Assembly: GCA_965247115.1 (NCBI GenBank)
Contig: CBDFGR010000002.1
Location: 480,001-544,000 of the forward strand
Direction of reading: 5' to 3'
From: Myxococcota bacterium
GTDB lineage: Bacteria > Myxococcota_A > UBA9160 > SZUA-336
DNA length: 64,000 bases
The position numbers and the translations under genes are program-made. The notes below the pieces were generated by a model that saw nothing but the letters and a program-made list of their open reading frames with translations, had not been told where the DNA came from and made no database searches. This document shows, one piece after another, positions 55,625-64,000 of this stretch (the stretch's first letter is position 1; each line of letters opens with the position of its first letter).

Positions 55625-56830
55625 GTGAACCGAGGGGCTCTGGAAGGCCTGTCCGTTGTGGAGCTGGGGCGCATGGTAGCGGCGCCCTACTGCGGAAAGG
55701 TCCTCGCTGACCTCGGAGCCGACGTGCTCAAGCTCGAGCAGCCGAGGGTCGGCGATCCAGCGCGGCGTCAGGGGCCGTTCCCAGCGGATGTGCCACACCC
55801 CGAGCGCAGCGCCCTCTTCCTGTACCTGAACACGAACAAGCGCTCCGTCACGCTGGCCCCGAACAACGAGGCAGGACGCCAGGTGTTCGAGCGGCTCGTG
55901 GCAGAGGCGGACGTGCTCATCGAGGACTGCGCTCCCGGGGAGCGGCAAAGCCTCGGGCTCGATCTGGCGCAGCTCCGCGAGCGGAACCCGAGCCTCGTCA
56001 TCACGTCGATCACTGCCTTCGGAGAGACAGGACCTTACCGCGACTACCGCAGCCACCACATCAACCTGTATCACGCCAGCGGCCACACTTCGTTCGGCTA
56101 CAAGGACCAGCAGGAGGACGGGCGCCCGCCGCCAAAGGCCGGTGGCTACCTCGGCGAGTACGACGCCGGACTCACTGCCGCGGTGGGCACGCTGGCGGCG
56201 ATCCTCGGTCGCGGCCAGGACGGCCAGGGACAATGGGTAGGCGTGTCGAAGCTCGAGGCGCTGATGTGCATGGAACGCGTCGACATCGGACGCCTGACGA
56301 ACGATCCGAATCCCCAGCCCTGGCGGGGTGGCATTGGCGGGATGATGAAGGCGAAGGACGGCTACTGCATGATCACGGCGTCGCAGGACCACCAGTGGCA
56401 GGGGATCGTTCGCGCCATGGGCAACCCGGAGTGGGCGCAGAGCGAGCGGTTCAAGGACGAAGCCTCTCGCCTCGAGCATCGCGACGCCATGCGGGAGAAC
56501 CTTGACGCGTGGGCGGCCGTGCACACGCGCGACGAGATCTACCACCTGCTCCAGTCGGAGGGTACACCCGCTGGACCGGTCCGGAACGTGGCCGAGGTCC
56601 TCGAGTCGCAGCAGTCCCGGTCACGCAACTACTTCGCGAGGGTCGAACACCCAGTGGCCGGAGCACAGCAGTATCCGACCCTGCCCTATCTGTTCTCGCT
56701 CTTCTCGGACGCTGCAACGCGGACGAGCCCCGCCCCGCTGCTCGGTGAGCACAACGACGAGATCTACTGCGGGCAGCTCGGCCACACGCGAGAGGAGCTG
56801 TCTCAGCTCGCCGACGCAGGAGTGATCTGA
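55625..56830 (+). CDS. Family III CoA-transferase (subunit 1 of a tandem pair)
   Basis: LEGLSVVE, LADLGADVLK.E, LNTNKRSVTL and APLLGEHN. Confidence 0.9.
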   Translation: MNRGALEGLSVVELGRMVAAPYCGKVLADLGADVLKLEQPRVGDPARRQGPFPADVPHPERSALFLYLNTNKRSVTLAPNNEAGRQVFERLVAEADVLIEDCAPGERQSLGLDLAQLRERNPSLVITSITAFGETGPYRDYRSHHINLYHASGHTSFGYKDQQEDGRPPPKAGGYLGEYDAGLTAAVGTLAAILGRGQDGQGQWVGVSKLEALMCMERVDIGRLTNDPNPQPWRGGIGGMMKAKDGYCMITASQDHQWQGIVRAMGNPEWAQSERFKDEASRLEHRDAMRENLDAWAAVHTRDEIYHLLQSEGTPAGPVRNVAEVLESQQSRSRNYFARVEHPVAGAQQYPTLPYLFSLFSDAATRTSPAPLLGEHNDEIYCGQLGHTREELSQLADAGVI

Positions 56831-58059
56831 TGCCCGGCGCTGGAGAAAGCGGCGAAGGGCCCCTAGCCGGCATCCGCGTCACGGACTTCACCTGGGCCTG
56901 GGCCGGGCCGCACGCAACGCTGCTGCTGTCCATGCTGGGAGCGGAAGTAATCAAGATCGAGAGCCGCACGCGCATCGACCACAGCCGCCTGCGCTCGCTG
57001 ATGGGGGGCGCTACCCAGGGCGGCCCGGATGCCTCGCCCCTCTTCAACGATCTCAACCTGAACAAGTGCTCGCTCACGCTGAACCTGCGCGAGGAGCGCT
57101 CGCGAGAGATCGTGCGCAAGCTCGTGGCGAAGAGCGACGCCGTACTTCAGAACATGCGTCCCGGCGTCCTCGACCGGCTTCGACTTGGCTACGACGACCT
57201 GCGCGCTGTGAAGCCAGACATCATCATGCTCTCGTCTTCGGCCGTCGGAGCCACGGGCCCCGAACGAACCTATGCGGGCTATGCGCCCACTTTCGCATCG
57301 ATGAGCGGCATGGCCCATATCACCGGTCACCCCGACCTGCCGCCGCTCCCGCTCAGCGGCTCCGTGGATCTTCGCGTCGGTACGGCCGCGGCCTTCGCGA
57401 CGCTCGCGGCGCTCTATCATCGCGGGCGCACGGGCGAAGGACAGCACATCGACCTGTCGTCGACGGAGATCATGAGCTCGATGATGGGCGAGGTCTTCCT
57501 CGGCTACGAGATGAGTGGCCAGGTCCCGGAGCGGATGGGCAACCGCGACATCACGATGGCCCCACACAACTGCTACCGCTGCCGCGACGAGGGCCGGTGG
57601 GTGACCATCGCGGTCGGCAGCGAGGAGGAGTGGTCCGCGCTGAAGCGAGCGCTCGGCGATCCCGCGCTCGATGAGGAGGGCTTCGGGGATCCCGCCTCCC
57701 GCTGGCGCAACCAGGCTCGCCTAGACCCGATCATCGAGCGCTGGACCGTGGAGCGCGAGGTCGCCGAGGTCGTGAAGACCCTCCAGGCGGCCGGAGTGGC
57801 CAGCCTGCCCGTGAACTCGGGCGCCCAGATCTCCCGTGACCCCCAGGTTCAAGAGCTGGGCATCCTCCAGAACATCGAGCACCCCCTACTCGGCGAGAAG
57901 GCCGTCGTCGGCGCCCCCTGGACCTTCAGCAACGCCAGCGTCGGAGTCCGCTACCCCGCCCCCCTCCTTGGCGAGCACAACCACTACGTCCTGAGCGACA
58001 TCCTCGGCCTCCCCGACTCAGAGATCGACCAACTAGAAACCGACGGCGTCCTCAACTGA
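56830..58059 (+). CDS. Family III CoA-transferase (subunit 2 of a tandem pair)
   Basis: PLAGIRVTDF.WAWAGP, GAEVIKIES, NMRPG and APHNCY.C. TGATG overlap with subunit 1. Confidence 0.92.
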   Translation: MPGAGESGEGPLAGIRVTDFTWAWAGPHATLLLSMLGAEVIKIESRTRIDHSRLRSLMGGATQGGPDASPLFNDLNLNKCSLTLNLREERSREIVRKLVAKSDAVLQNMRPGVLDRLRLGYDDLRAVKPDIIMLSSSAVGATGPERTYAGYAPTFASMSGMAHITGHPDLPPLPLSGSVDLRVGTAAAFATLAALYHRGRTGEGQHIDLSSTEIMSSMMGEVFLGYEMSGQVPERMGNRDITMAPHNCYRCRDEGRWVTIAVGSEEEWSALKRALGDPALDEEGFGDPASRWRNQARLDPIIERWTVEREVAEVVKTLQAAGVASLPVNSGAQISRDPQVQELGILQNIEHPLLGEKAVVGAPWTFSNASVGVRYPAPLLGEHNHYVLSDILGLPDSEIDQLETDGVLN

Positions 58060-58165
58060 TAACTTGGGGACGGTCCTTAAATCATAACTTCTTCTCGAGC
58101 GACGGTGGAGGCCCGCAACGCTTCGAAAAGAAGTTATGATTTAAGGACCGTCCCCAAGTTATCAG
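58056..58165. repeat. Perfect 38-bp inverted repeat (REPIN/MITE-like; probable bidirectional terminator)
   Basis: CTGATAACTTGGGGACGGTCCTTAAATCATAACTTCTT (58056-58093) and its exact reverse complement (58128-58165), with a 34-nt spacer. Confidence 0.9.
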
Positions 58166-59031
58166 GGAGTGTTGGAGCGGAGGAAGGTGAGGATTTCGGT
58201 CTGGGTTTCGGGGGGCTCGGTGGCGGTGCCGTGCTCGGCGCCTTCGACGGCCAGGCAGCGGACGTTCGGGCGGCCTTCGGCGAGGGCGTGCCAGCCGACG
58301 TCTGGGAAGACGCTGTCGGCGGTGCCGTAAACACAGAGCAGCGGCATCTCGAGCTCGCCGAAGCGCTTGGTCGCGTCCCAGTCGACGTAGGCCGCGTATG
58401 TGCGGAGCTCCCCCGCGTACTTGGCCATGCGCTCCTCCCGGGGGACCTTTGCGAGCTGAGCCCGGATCTGGTCGCGCCGGCCTCCGCGCGCGCTCTGCTC
58501 TCCCGCGGCGGTGGAGGGCCTCGAGGCGGCGAACAGGTCGAGACCGACGGTACCGCCCTCGCGCCGGGCAGCGTAGGCGGCCTCGACGCCATCGGTCTCG
58601 AGGATACGGATGCGCGCACGCAGCTTTGAGAGCAGCTCCTCGTCCTGCGAGAGCCAGGGTGCCGACTCCGCAACGACCAGACCCGCGGCGGCCTCGGGAT
58701 GGTCGAGTCCGAAGGCAAGGGTGATCGGACCGCCCGCGGACGTTCCCCACACGTGGGCGCGCTCGTGACCCAGGTGCCGCAGCAGCTCGCGGATGTCGTC
58801 CGCAAACTGCTCCATGGTGTGCCGCGTCTCGGGATAGCCCGAGCGGCCAGACGAGCGCCTGTCGTACAGGATCACCGAAAAGTGTTGTGCGAACGACTCG
58901 ACCCATGTCGGTACGCCGGCGCCAGCCCCCGTCCCGAGTCCGCCGAAGCCGCCGTGCACGAACACGAGCGGGAAGCCCGAGCCGTGCGTCTCGTAGTAGA
59001 GCTCGGTCCTGTTGATGGCTGCCGTGGGCAT
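58162..59031 (-). CDS. Alpha/beta hydrolase
   Basis: VFVHGG, YDRR.SGRS, WGTSAGG nucleophile, G.AD and GAEH. Confidence 0.88.
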   Translation of the reverse strand: MPTAAINRTELYYETHGSGFPLVFVHGGFGGLGTGAGAGVPTWVESFAQHFSVILYDRRSSGRSGYPETRHTMEQFADDIRELLRHLGHERAHVWGTSAGGPITLAFGLDHPEAAAGLVVAESAPWLSQDEELLSKLRARIRILETDGVEAAYAARREGGTVGLDLFAASRPSTAAGEQSARGGRRDQIRAQLAKVPREERMAKYAGELRTYAAYVDWDATKRFGELEMPLLCVYGTADSVFPDVGWHALAEGRPNVRCLAVEGAEHGTATEPPETQTEILTFLRSNTP

Positions 59032-59041
59032 TTTCTTCTCC

Positions 59042-59866
59042 TCAGGCTTCGCGGAACGGACCGTCGCGTCGCTCCAGAAACTCGCGCAGTCCCTGCTCCT
59101 GGAGAACGCTCATCAGCTCGCGCTTCTCCTCGATCTGCGACGAGTCGAGCACGAGCGCGTCGTTCGCGCGGTGGAGCTCCATCGCGTTCTTGAAGCCCAT
59201 CATCTCGTAGGCTCCCTTGATGCTGCGCTTGGTCAGCTGGACCGCATAGGCCGGTACGCGCGCGACCCGGCGCGCAATGCGCAGGGTCTCGGCCTGCAGC
59301 TGGTCCGGCGGCAACACCTTGCTCACCAGACCGAGGCTCAGCGCCTCCTCCGCACCGATCGTATCGCCGCTGTAGTAGAGGTAGTGCATCGCCTTGCTGT
59401 TGTTTGCCAGGTAGGGAAGAAGCAGCAAGGGCGAGAGCGCGAAGTGCCGGATCTCGGGCTCACCGAAGGTCGCTGTCTCGGCCGCAAGGGTGATGTCCGC
59501 GACGAGCGCAAGGTTTGAGCCTGCCGCGATCGCGTGCCCGTTCACCGCCGTGATGACCGGCTGGCGCAGGTTCCAGATCCGCATCAGCGTGTCGAAGTTG
59601 AGCCGGATCAGACGCAGGAAGTCGGACTCGTCTTCGATCGAGATCCCCCCGCGATCGCCCGGGGTAAGGTCGAAGCCCGTCGAGAACGCCCTCCCCGCGC
59701 CCGTGATCACGACCACACGAACCTCCGGGTCGGCCTCGATGCTATCCAGCGCGGTGCGGAGCTCCGCGAGTAGGCCCTGGGACAGGGAGTTCAGCTTCTC
59801 GGGTCGGTTCAGCGTGATCGTCGCGATGCCTTCGGACTCGTCGTAGAGCAGAAACTCGTAACCCAT
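59042..59866 (-). CDS. Enoyl-CoA hydratase/isomerase family protein
   Basis: LNRPEKLNSL, GRAFSTGFD, AVNGHAIAAG and FGEPE. GGAGG RBS before ATG 59866. Confidence 0.92.
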   Translation of the reverse strand: MGYEFLLYDESEGIATITLNRPEKLNSLSQGLLAELRTALDSIEADPEVRVVVITGAGRAFSTGFDLTPGDRGGISIEDESDFLRLIRLNFDTLMRIWNLRQPVITAVNGHAIAAGSNLALVADITLAAETATFGEPEIRHFALSPLLLLPYLANNSKAMHYLYYSGDTIGAEEALSLGLVSKVLPPDQLQAETLRIARRVARVPAYAVQLTKRSIKGAYEMMGFKNAMELHRANDALVLDSSQIEEKRELMSVLQEQGLREFLERRDGPFREA

Positions 59867-59969
59867 TCTTCCTCCGCGTGGCTCTGCACCATCATGAAGG
59901 CCCTCGGTCACGGAGTCGACTCTCCTCCGGTCGGGAGTGATTTGCGCCCGCGCGGTGGGCTCAGTATGA

Positions 59970-61391
59970 ATGGGGAGCATCGCCGGGAAGGATCTCCCCG
60001 TGGCTACGGATCTCGCTGCTGACAGAGCGTCCGAAGGGGCGACGGGCGCCCTACCAGACAGGCGCACCCGCGGCAGCATGCGCGAGGTGGGGATTCTCGC
60101 CTGGCCGATCATGTTGCAGATGAGCGCCGAGACGCTCATGCAGCTGATCAACTCCGCGCTGGTGGGTCGCCTGGGCGCGACGGAGCTCGGAGCCGTCGGG
60201 TTCAGCGGGATCTGGGTCTGGACGTTGCTCACGCCGTTCTACGGCTGCGCCATGGGCGTGCAGGTGTTCGTGGCGCAGGAAGATGGAGCGGGCAAGGCGG
60301 ACGGCTGCGGCAACTGGGTGTGGCAGGGTCTGTACGCGCTCGTCCCGGCCTGCGTGCTCTGGACCATCGTAGTCGCGTTCTCGTTCGAGTCCCTCGTCGC
60401 CTTGATCGGCCCGTCCCCTGAGCTGCAGGAGCAGTCGGTGCTCTACGCGCAGGTCCGGTTTCTCGGCGTGCCCGTGGTGGTAGCGGGGGGCGTAATCACG
60501 TCGTTCTTCCGCGGTCTCGGCAATACCCGCGCCCCCATGATGGCTACGCTCGTCTCGGTCGTCGCGCATGTGCCGCTGGCCTACGGGCTCATCCTCGGTC
60601 GGCTCGGACTGCCAGCGCTCGGGATCACGGGTGCAGGCGTAGCGATCGTCTCCGCCGAGCTCGTGTACCTTGGGATCCTATTCGCGATGCTGCTCTCGCG
60701 CCGGAACCGAAGCACGTATGGCACGCGGCCCGGGCGGATCAACGGTCGTGAGATCCGACGCCTGCTCCGCACGAGCGCCCCGATCGGCGGGCAGTGGCTG
60801 CTCGACATGACGTCCTTTGCGCTCTTCACCTCCATCGTGGCGCGCATGGGCGACGCCGAGATGGCGGCAAGCCAGGCAATGCTTCAGCTCCTGTCGCTGT
60901 CCTGGATGCAAGCGAGCGGGATCGGGACCGCGGCCGGAACCCTGGTCGGCCGCTACGTCGGCGCTCGAGATCTCGATTCCGCGGCTCGGAGCTACGGGTC
61001 TGCCCTAAAGCTGGGGATGATTCTGGTCGGATTCGCGGCGGTCCTGTTCCTGAGCATGCCCGAGCTCCTGATGCGCGTGTTTTCGAGCGACCCGGAGGTG
61101 CTTGCGCTCGCCCGGCCGTTGCTCCTGCTCGGCGCCTTCTTTCAGGTCATCGACGCCACCGTCATCGTTACGATGGGCGCGCTGCGCGGCGGTGGAGATA
61201 CGCGCTGGCCGTTCGTCGTGCAGGCGACCCTCGCGTGGATGCTGCGCATCCCGCTGGTCTGGCTGGCGGCCGTCACGCTGGACGGCGGCGTAGTGGGTGC
61301 CTGGGTCGGCGAGACCGGCTACCTGTTCGTCCTGGCCATCGCAATCGTGTGGCGCTTTCGCGCCGGACGCTGGCGCTCGATCCGGATCTGA
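59970..61391 (+). CDS. MATE family efflux transporter
   Basis: LAWPI, VGRLG..ELGAVG, FRGLGNTRAPM, G..GAG.A and GALRGGGDTR. Start approximate. Confidence 0.92.
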   Translation: MGSIAGKDLPVATDLAADRASEGATGALPDRRTRGSMREVGILAWPIMLQMSAETLMQLINSALVGRLGATELGAVGFSGIWVWTLLTPFYGCAMGVQVFVAQEDGAGKADGCGNWVWQGLYALVPACVLWTIVVAFSFESLVALIGPSPELQEQSVLYAQVRFLGVPVVVAGGVITSFFRGLGNTRAPMMATLVSVVAHVPLAYGLILGRLGLPALGITGAGVAIVSAELVYLGILFAMLLSRRNRSTYGTRPGRINGREIRRLLRTSAPIGGQWLLDMTSFALFTSIVARMGDAEMAASQAMLQLLSLSWMQASGIGTAAGTLVGRYVGARDLDSAARSYGSALKLGMILVGFAAVLFLSMPELLMRVFSSDPEVLALARPLLLLGAFFQVIDATVIVTMGALRGGGDTRWPFVVQATLAWMLRIPLVWLAAVTLDGGVVGAWVGETGYLFVLAIAIVWRFRAGRWRSIRI

Positions 61392-61404
61392 TCCCCGGCC
61401 CCGT

Positions 61405-62214
61405 TCAGTCCGGAAGCGATGCGAGGAAGTCGCCCATCCGTGCCAGCATGGTCTCGTGTTGCTCCGCGGGAATGGGATGTCCGCACTCCTCGATCAGCTC
61501 GAGGCGCGCCCCCGGAATCGCACGCGATAGGATAACGCCGCCCCCCGGCGGAGTGAGGCCGTCGTCCAGCCCCTGCAGAACGAGGGCCGGCATGGCGAGG
61601 CGGCCGAGCTCAGCCGTGAAGTTGTAAGCACTGCAGGCGCGTGCGGCGGCCGCGTAGCACTGGGGGTCGTTGCGGCGAGCGGACTCCTCTGCCGCGGCCC
61701 GGATCGCGGCCGCGTGCTTCTCCGCATAGGCCTTCGCGTAGCTCAGCCCGGGACCCTCGGTCAGCACGGCGGCCATTCCCTCCTCTTCGACCAGCCGCGC
61801 CCGCTCGAGCCAGCCTTTGCGCGCCCAGTCCCCGACCTCGCTCGTGGTGCTCATGAGGATGAGCGCGTCGGTACGCTCGGGGAAGTCGAGAGCGAAGCGC
61901 TGGGAGATGACACCGCCCATGGAGATACCCACGATGATCGCGCTCGGAATCTCGAGATCCCCGAGTAAAGCGTCCAGGTCTGCGGCCCAGACTTTCGGAT
62001 CGACGGAGCCGTGCGGCCTGTCCGAGCGTCCGAAGCCGCGCACGTCCCAGCGCAACACGGTGTAGCTGTCCTCCAGGGCCTCCGCGGTAGGTTCCCAGGA
62101 CTCGAGGTTCCCGCCGAGTCCGTGGGTAAGCACGATCACCGGCCCGCTGCCGCTCACCTCGTAGTGGAGCCGTACGCCGTTCACACTGGCAAAGTTGCCG
62201 TTCCCATCCGTCAT
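61405..62214 (-). CDS. Alpha/beta hydrolase (enol-lactonase-like)
   Basis: HGLGG, DVRGFGRS, GISMGG, G.DD..TP and CGH. Confidence 0.9.
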   Translation of the reverse strand: MTDGNGNFASVNGVRLHYEVSGSGPVIVLTHGLGGNLESWEPTAEALEDSYTVLRWDVRGFGRSDRPHGSVDPKVWAADLDALLGDLEIPSAIIVGISMGGVISQRFALDFPERTDALILMSTTSEVGDWARKGWLERARLVEEEGMAAVLTEGPGLSYAKAYAEKHAAAIRAAAEESARRNDPQCYAAAARACSAYNFTAELGRLAMPALVLQGLDDGLTPPGGGVILSRAIPGARLELIEECGHPIPAEQHETMLARMGDFLASLPD

Positions 62215-62360
62215 CCTGATGTCCTCCCGAAACTCGTCCAGCACCAGGGAGCTGGACCGGCGACATGCGACCCCTGTATAGCTGAGCGAGGGCGCGGACG
62301 TCGAGCGGCCGAGCACGGTCGCGCCCCCCTCGACGGCGGCGCGAGGCTCGACGAGCCGGG

Positions 62361-63047
62361 CTAATCCGACCGGAGTCCGGGGAGCGCGCCCGCCTTTGTG
62401 TACAGGATGCAGCCCGCGGGGGAGCGCGGCTCCTGCTTCGCGCCAGCCGGAACACGCAGCCAGGTACCGGCCCCGTAGCGACCGTGCTCGTCCTCCAGTG
62501 CGCCCTCGAGCAGGAGGATCTCGATGCCGCCGTCTCGCTCGAGGAGACCGGGAGCAGTACCAGGAGCCTACCGCTCGAGGCTGGTCACATCGCGAAACCC
62601 GGGCTCGCGATAGAGCGTCCTCGTCTCGACACCTGGCAGGGAGGTCGACTCCCAGTCGAGCGCGCCCGTGTCCTGAGCCACGTGTTGGCGCCCCTCGCCG
62701 CCGTACTGACGGAGCTTGACGAAGAGTACGCAGCCCTCACGCGAGAACGGTACGTGTCGGAAGCCCTCAGGGTTCAGCAGGTAGGTGCCGGCCGGCCAAT
62801 CACCGTGCTCGTCGGAGAAGGTCCCCTCCAGCACCAGGATCTCTTCTCCTTCCGGATGGTCGTGAGCGGGAAACGAGGAGTCGGGCTCGTAGCGCACGAT
62901 CGAGGTGACCTGGCCGGACTCTGCACCGCCGACGAGGTGCAGACGCTTGCGCCAGACGCTTCCACTTGGGCTCGCCTGCCACTCCATCGACGCGCTGTCC
63001 ATCTGCGCGCGTCGCGTCAGATCTCCGTGGATCGATGCATCCGTCAT
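62361..63047 (-). pseudogene. ChrR-like double-cupin protein with in-frame TAG at 62568-62570
   Basis: First cupin (TSIVRY.P...F..HDHPEGEEILVLEGTFSDEHG). After TAG the frame continues APGT...GGIEILLLEGALEDEHGRY.AGTWLR.P......RS..GC.LY.K to TAG at 62361. Confidence 0.85.
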
Positions 63048-63233
63048 CCGTGTCTTCCTCTCGTTGCAGGCTTTGACTCCGCCTGGGCTCATGGAGTTTC
63101 AGATATCCTGGCCCCGATGCGGACTCGCAGCGACGTGTTCGAGCCGTTGCTCAGCTGGCTACGCCGGCACCGGCCCGGGAGCGGGCCCTAGTCGCGCGCG
63201 GGCCCGTCTCGCGCACCGCAAGGACATTCCGGG

Positions 63234-63758
63234 CTAGATCTCGGGGTCCTTCTCCACGTCCTCGAGCGCGTCTTGCATACCTTCCTCGAGCTGGCGCAGG
63301 CCTTCCTCGAGCGCCGACCCGAGCTCGCGGGCGCCGTCGACGAGCGCACCGCGCACGCGCCCGGCGACGGCAGTAACGACGCCTTTCGCGAGATCTCGCT
63401 GAGTTTGGTCCACGTCCACCTTCCAGAGGTCGCCCTCGCGCACCATGTGGGTCAGGAAGCGCGGACGCATCTCGAACTCGCCGAGCCTGGTCAGCACGGA
63501 TGTCTCTATGGTGGCGGCCCGCTCGTTTCGGAGCGTCTCCCCAAGCGTGAACTCCACGATCTCGTAGTCCTCGGCCCAGTCGCGGAGGTCCGAGCTCATC
63601 AAGCTCGCGTGCTCCATAGCCAGGTCGAGATCGTCCTCGTGCACAGCGTCCCAGAACTGTGTCGCAACCTCGGCCGGATCGCTCCGTTCCGGGAGGCAGC
63701 CGCAGCCGCCGGCCAGGAGCAAGACGGGCAGCCACGCCAGAGTACGCACTGGTCTCAT
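63234..63758 (-). CDS. Hypothetical exported/lipoprotein
   Basis: Signal/lipobox-like LLLAGGC, P.EVA..FW.A...WKVD..T, and amphipathic helical C-terminus. Confidence 0.65.
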   Translation of the reverse strand: MRPVRTLAWLPVLLLAGGCGCLPERSDPAEVATQFWDAVHEDDLDLAMEHASLMSSDLRDWAEDYEIVEFTLGETLRNERAATIETSVLTRLGEFEMRPRFLTHMVREGDLWKVDVDQTQRDLAKGVVTAVAGRVRGALVDGARELGSALEEGLRQLEEGMQDALEDVEKDPEI

Positions 63759-63834
63759 GCGCTCCATCCTACACTGACATCCCGATACGCTCTCCGTAGG
63801 GTCAACCAGCAGACGATCACATGATCCGCGGAAT

Positions 63835-64000
63835 TCAGGTTCCATCCTCTGAGCTGGCTCCCAGCTGAATCTCCCCGAGCACCTCGGGCGGGAATTCGCC
63901 TTCGAACACGCGGTGACCCGCTGTGAAGCCTCCGTCGACGGCCAGTGCGTGGCCGGTCACGAACGACGCGTCGTCGGAGGCGAGGAACGCAGCGGCCGCC
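63835..64000 (-). CDS. SDR family oxidoreductase, C-terminal end (truncated by window)
   Basis: AAFLASDDASFVTGHALAVDGGFTA, ending at TGA 63835. Confidence 0.85.
   Translation of the reverse strand, partial: AAAAFLASDDASFVTGHALAVDGGFTAGHRVFEGEFPPEVLGEIQLGASSEDGT

Noticed and set aside
58056..58165. Possible CRISPR repeat-spacer-repeat (38-nt repeats, 34-nt spacer)
   Set aside because: The two copies are inverted rather than direct, there are only two, and no cas genes are in the window.
62568..62570. Pyrrolysine or recoded TAG
   Set aside because: TAG terminates many genes in this window normally and no pyl machinery is visible.
63117..63191. 24-aa ORF MRTRSDVFEPLLSWLRRHRPGSGP preceded by TATCCT-7-ATG
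   Set aside because: Too short to support without conservation or expression data.
1..64000. tRNA, rRNA, riboswitch, prophage or defence-island genes
   Set aside because: No recognisable signatures by eye. A tRNAscan/Rfam/DefenseFinder run would be needed to exclude them formally.

Overview
High-GC bacterial chromosomal segment. Gene content and protein style suggest a Myxococcota/deltaproteobacterium-like heterotroph (inference). It is densely coding, with about 65 genes. Left to right: the start of an MSHA pilus operon, Rrf2-grxD, a GT2/methyltransferase/spermidine-synthase-like/TMTC-TPR envelope cluster, many CoA-dependent and flavin/F420 catabolic enzymes, lutABC, tupABC, an FHA-GAF-HD-GYP signalling protein, and ABC/MFS/MATE transporters. 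The most unusual locus is 23.2-26.3 kb. There an orphan ValRS C-terminal fragment precedes a DUF222-like/HNH endonuclease gene that is bracketed by a pair of 18-bp palindromic inverted repeats and has a structured 5' leader. An intact IS5-family element (CTAG target duplication) splits this gene, and its transposase is fused in frame to the HNH gene's N-terminal half. Other notable signals: a Ser/Ser-type DapF, a recurring sigma28-like promoter motif ahead of pilus/glycosylation genes, many probable leaderless transcripts, a perfect 38-bp REPIN-like inverted repeat, two other structured intergenic elements, two genes broken by single-base lesions, and a divergent double-nitroreductase/thiolase/CoA-ligase cluster of unknown substrate. 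No rRNA, tRNA or CRISPR array was seen. All product calls come from motif recognition by eye, with no database searches.
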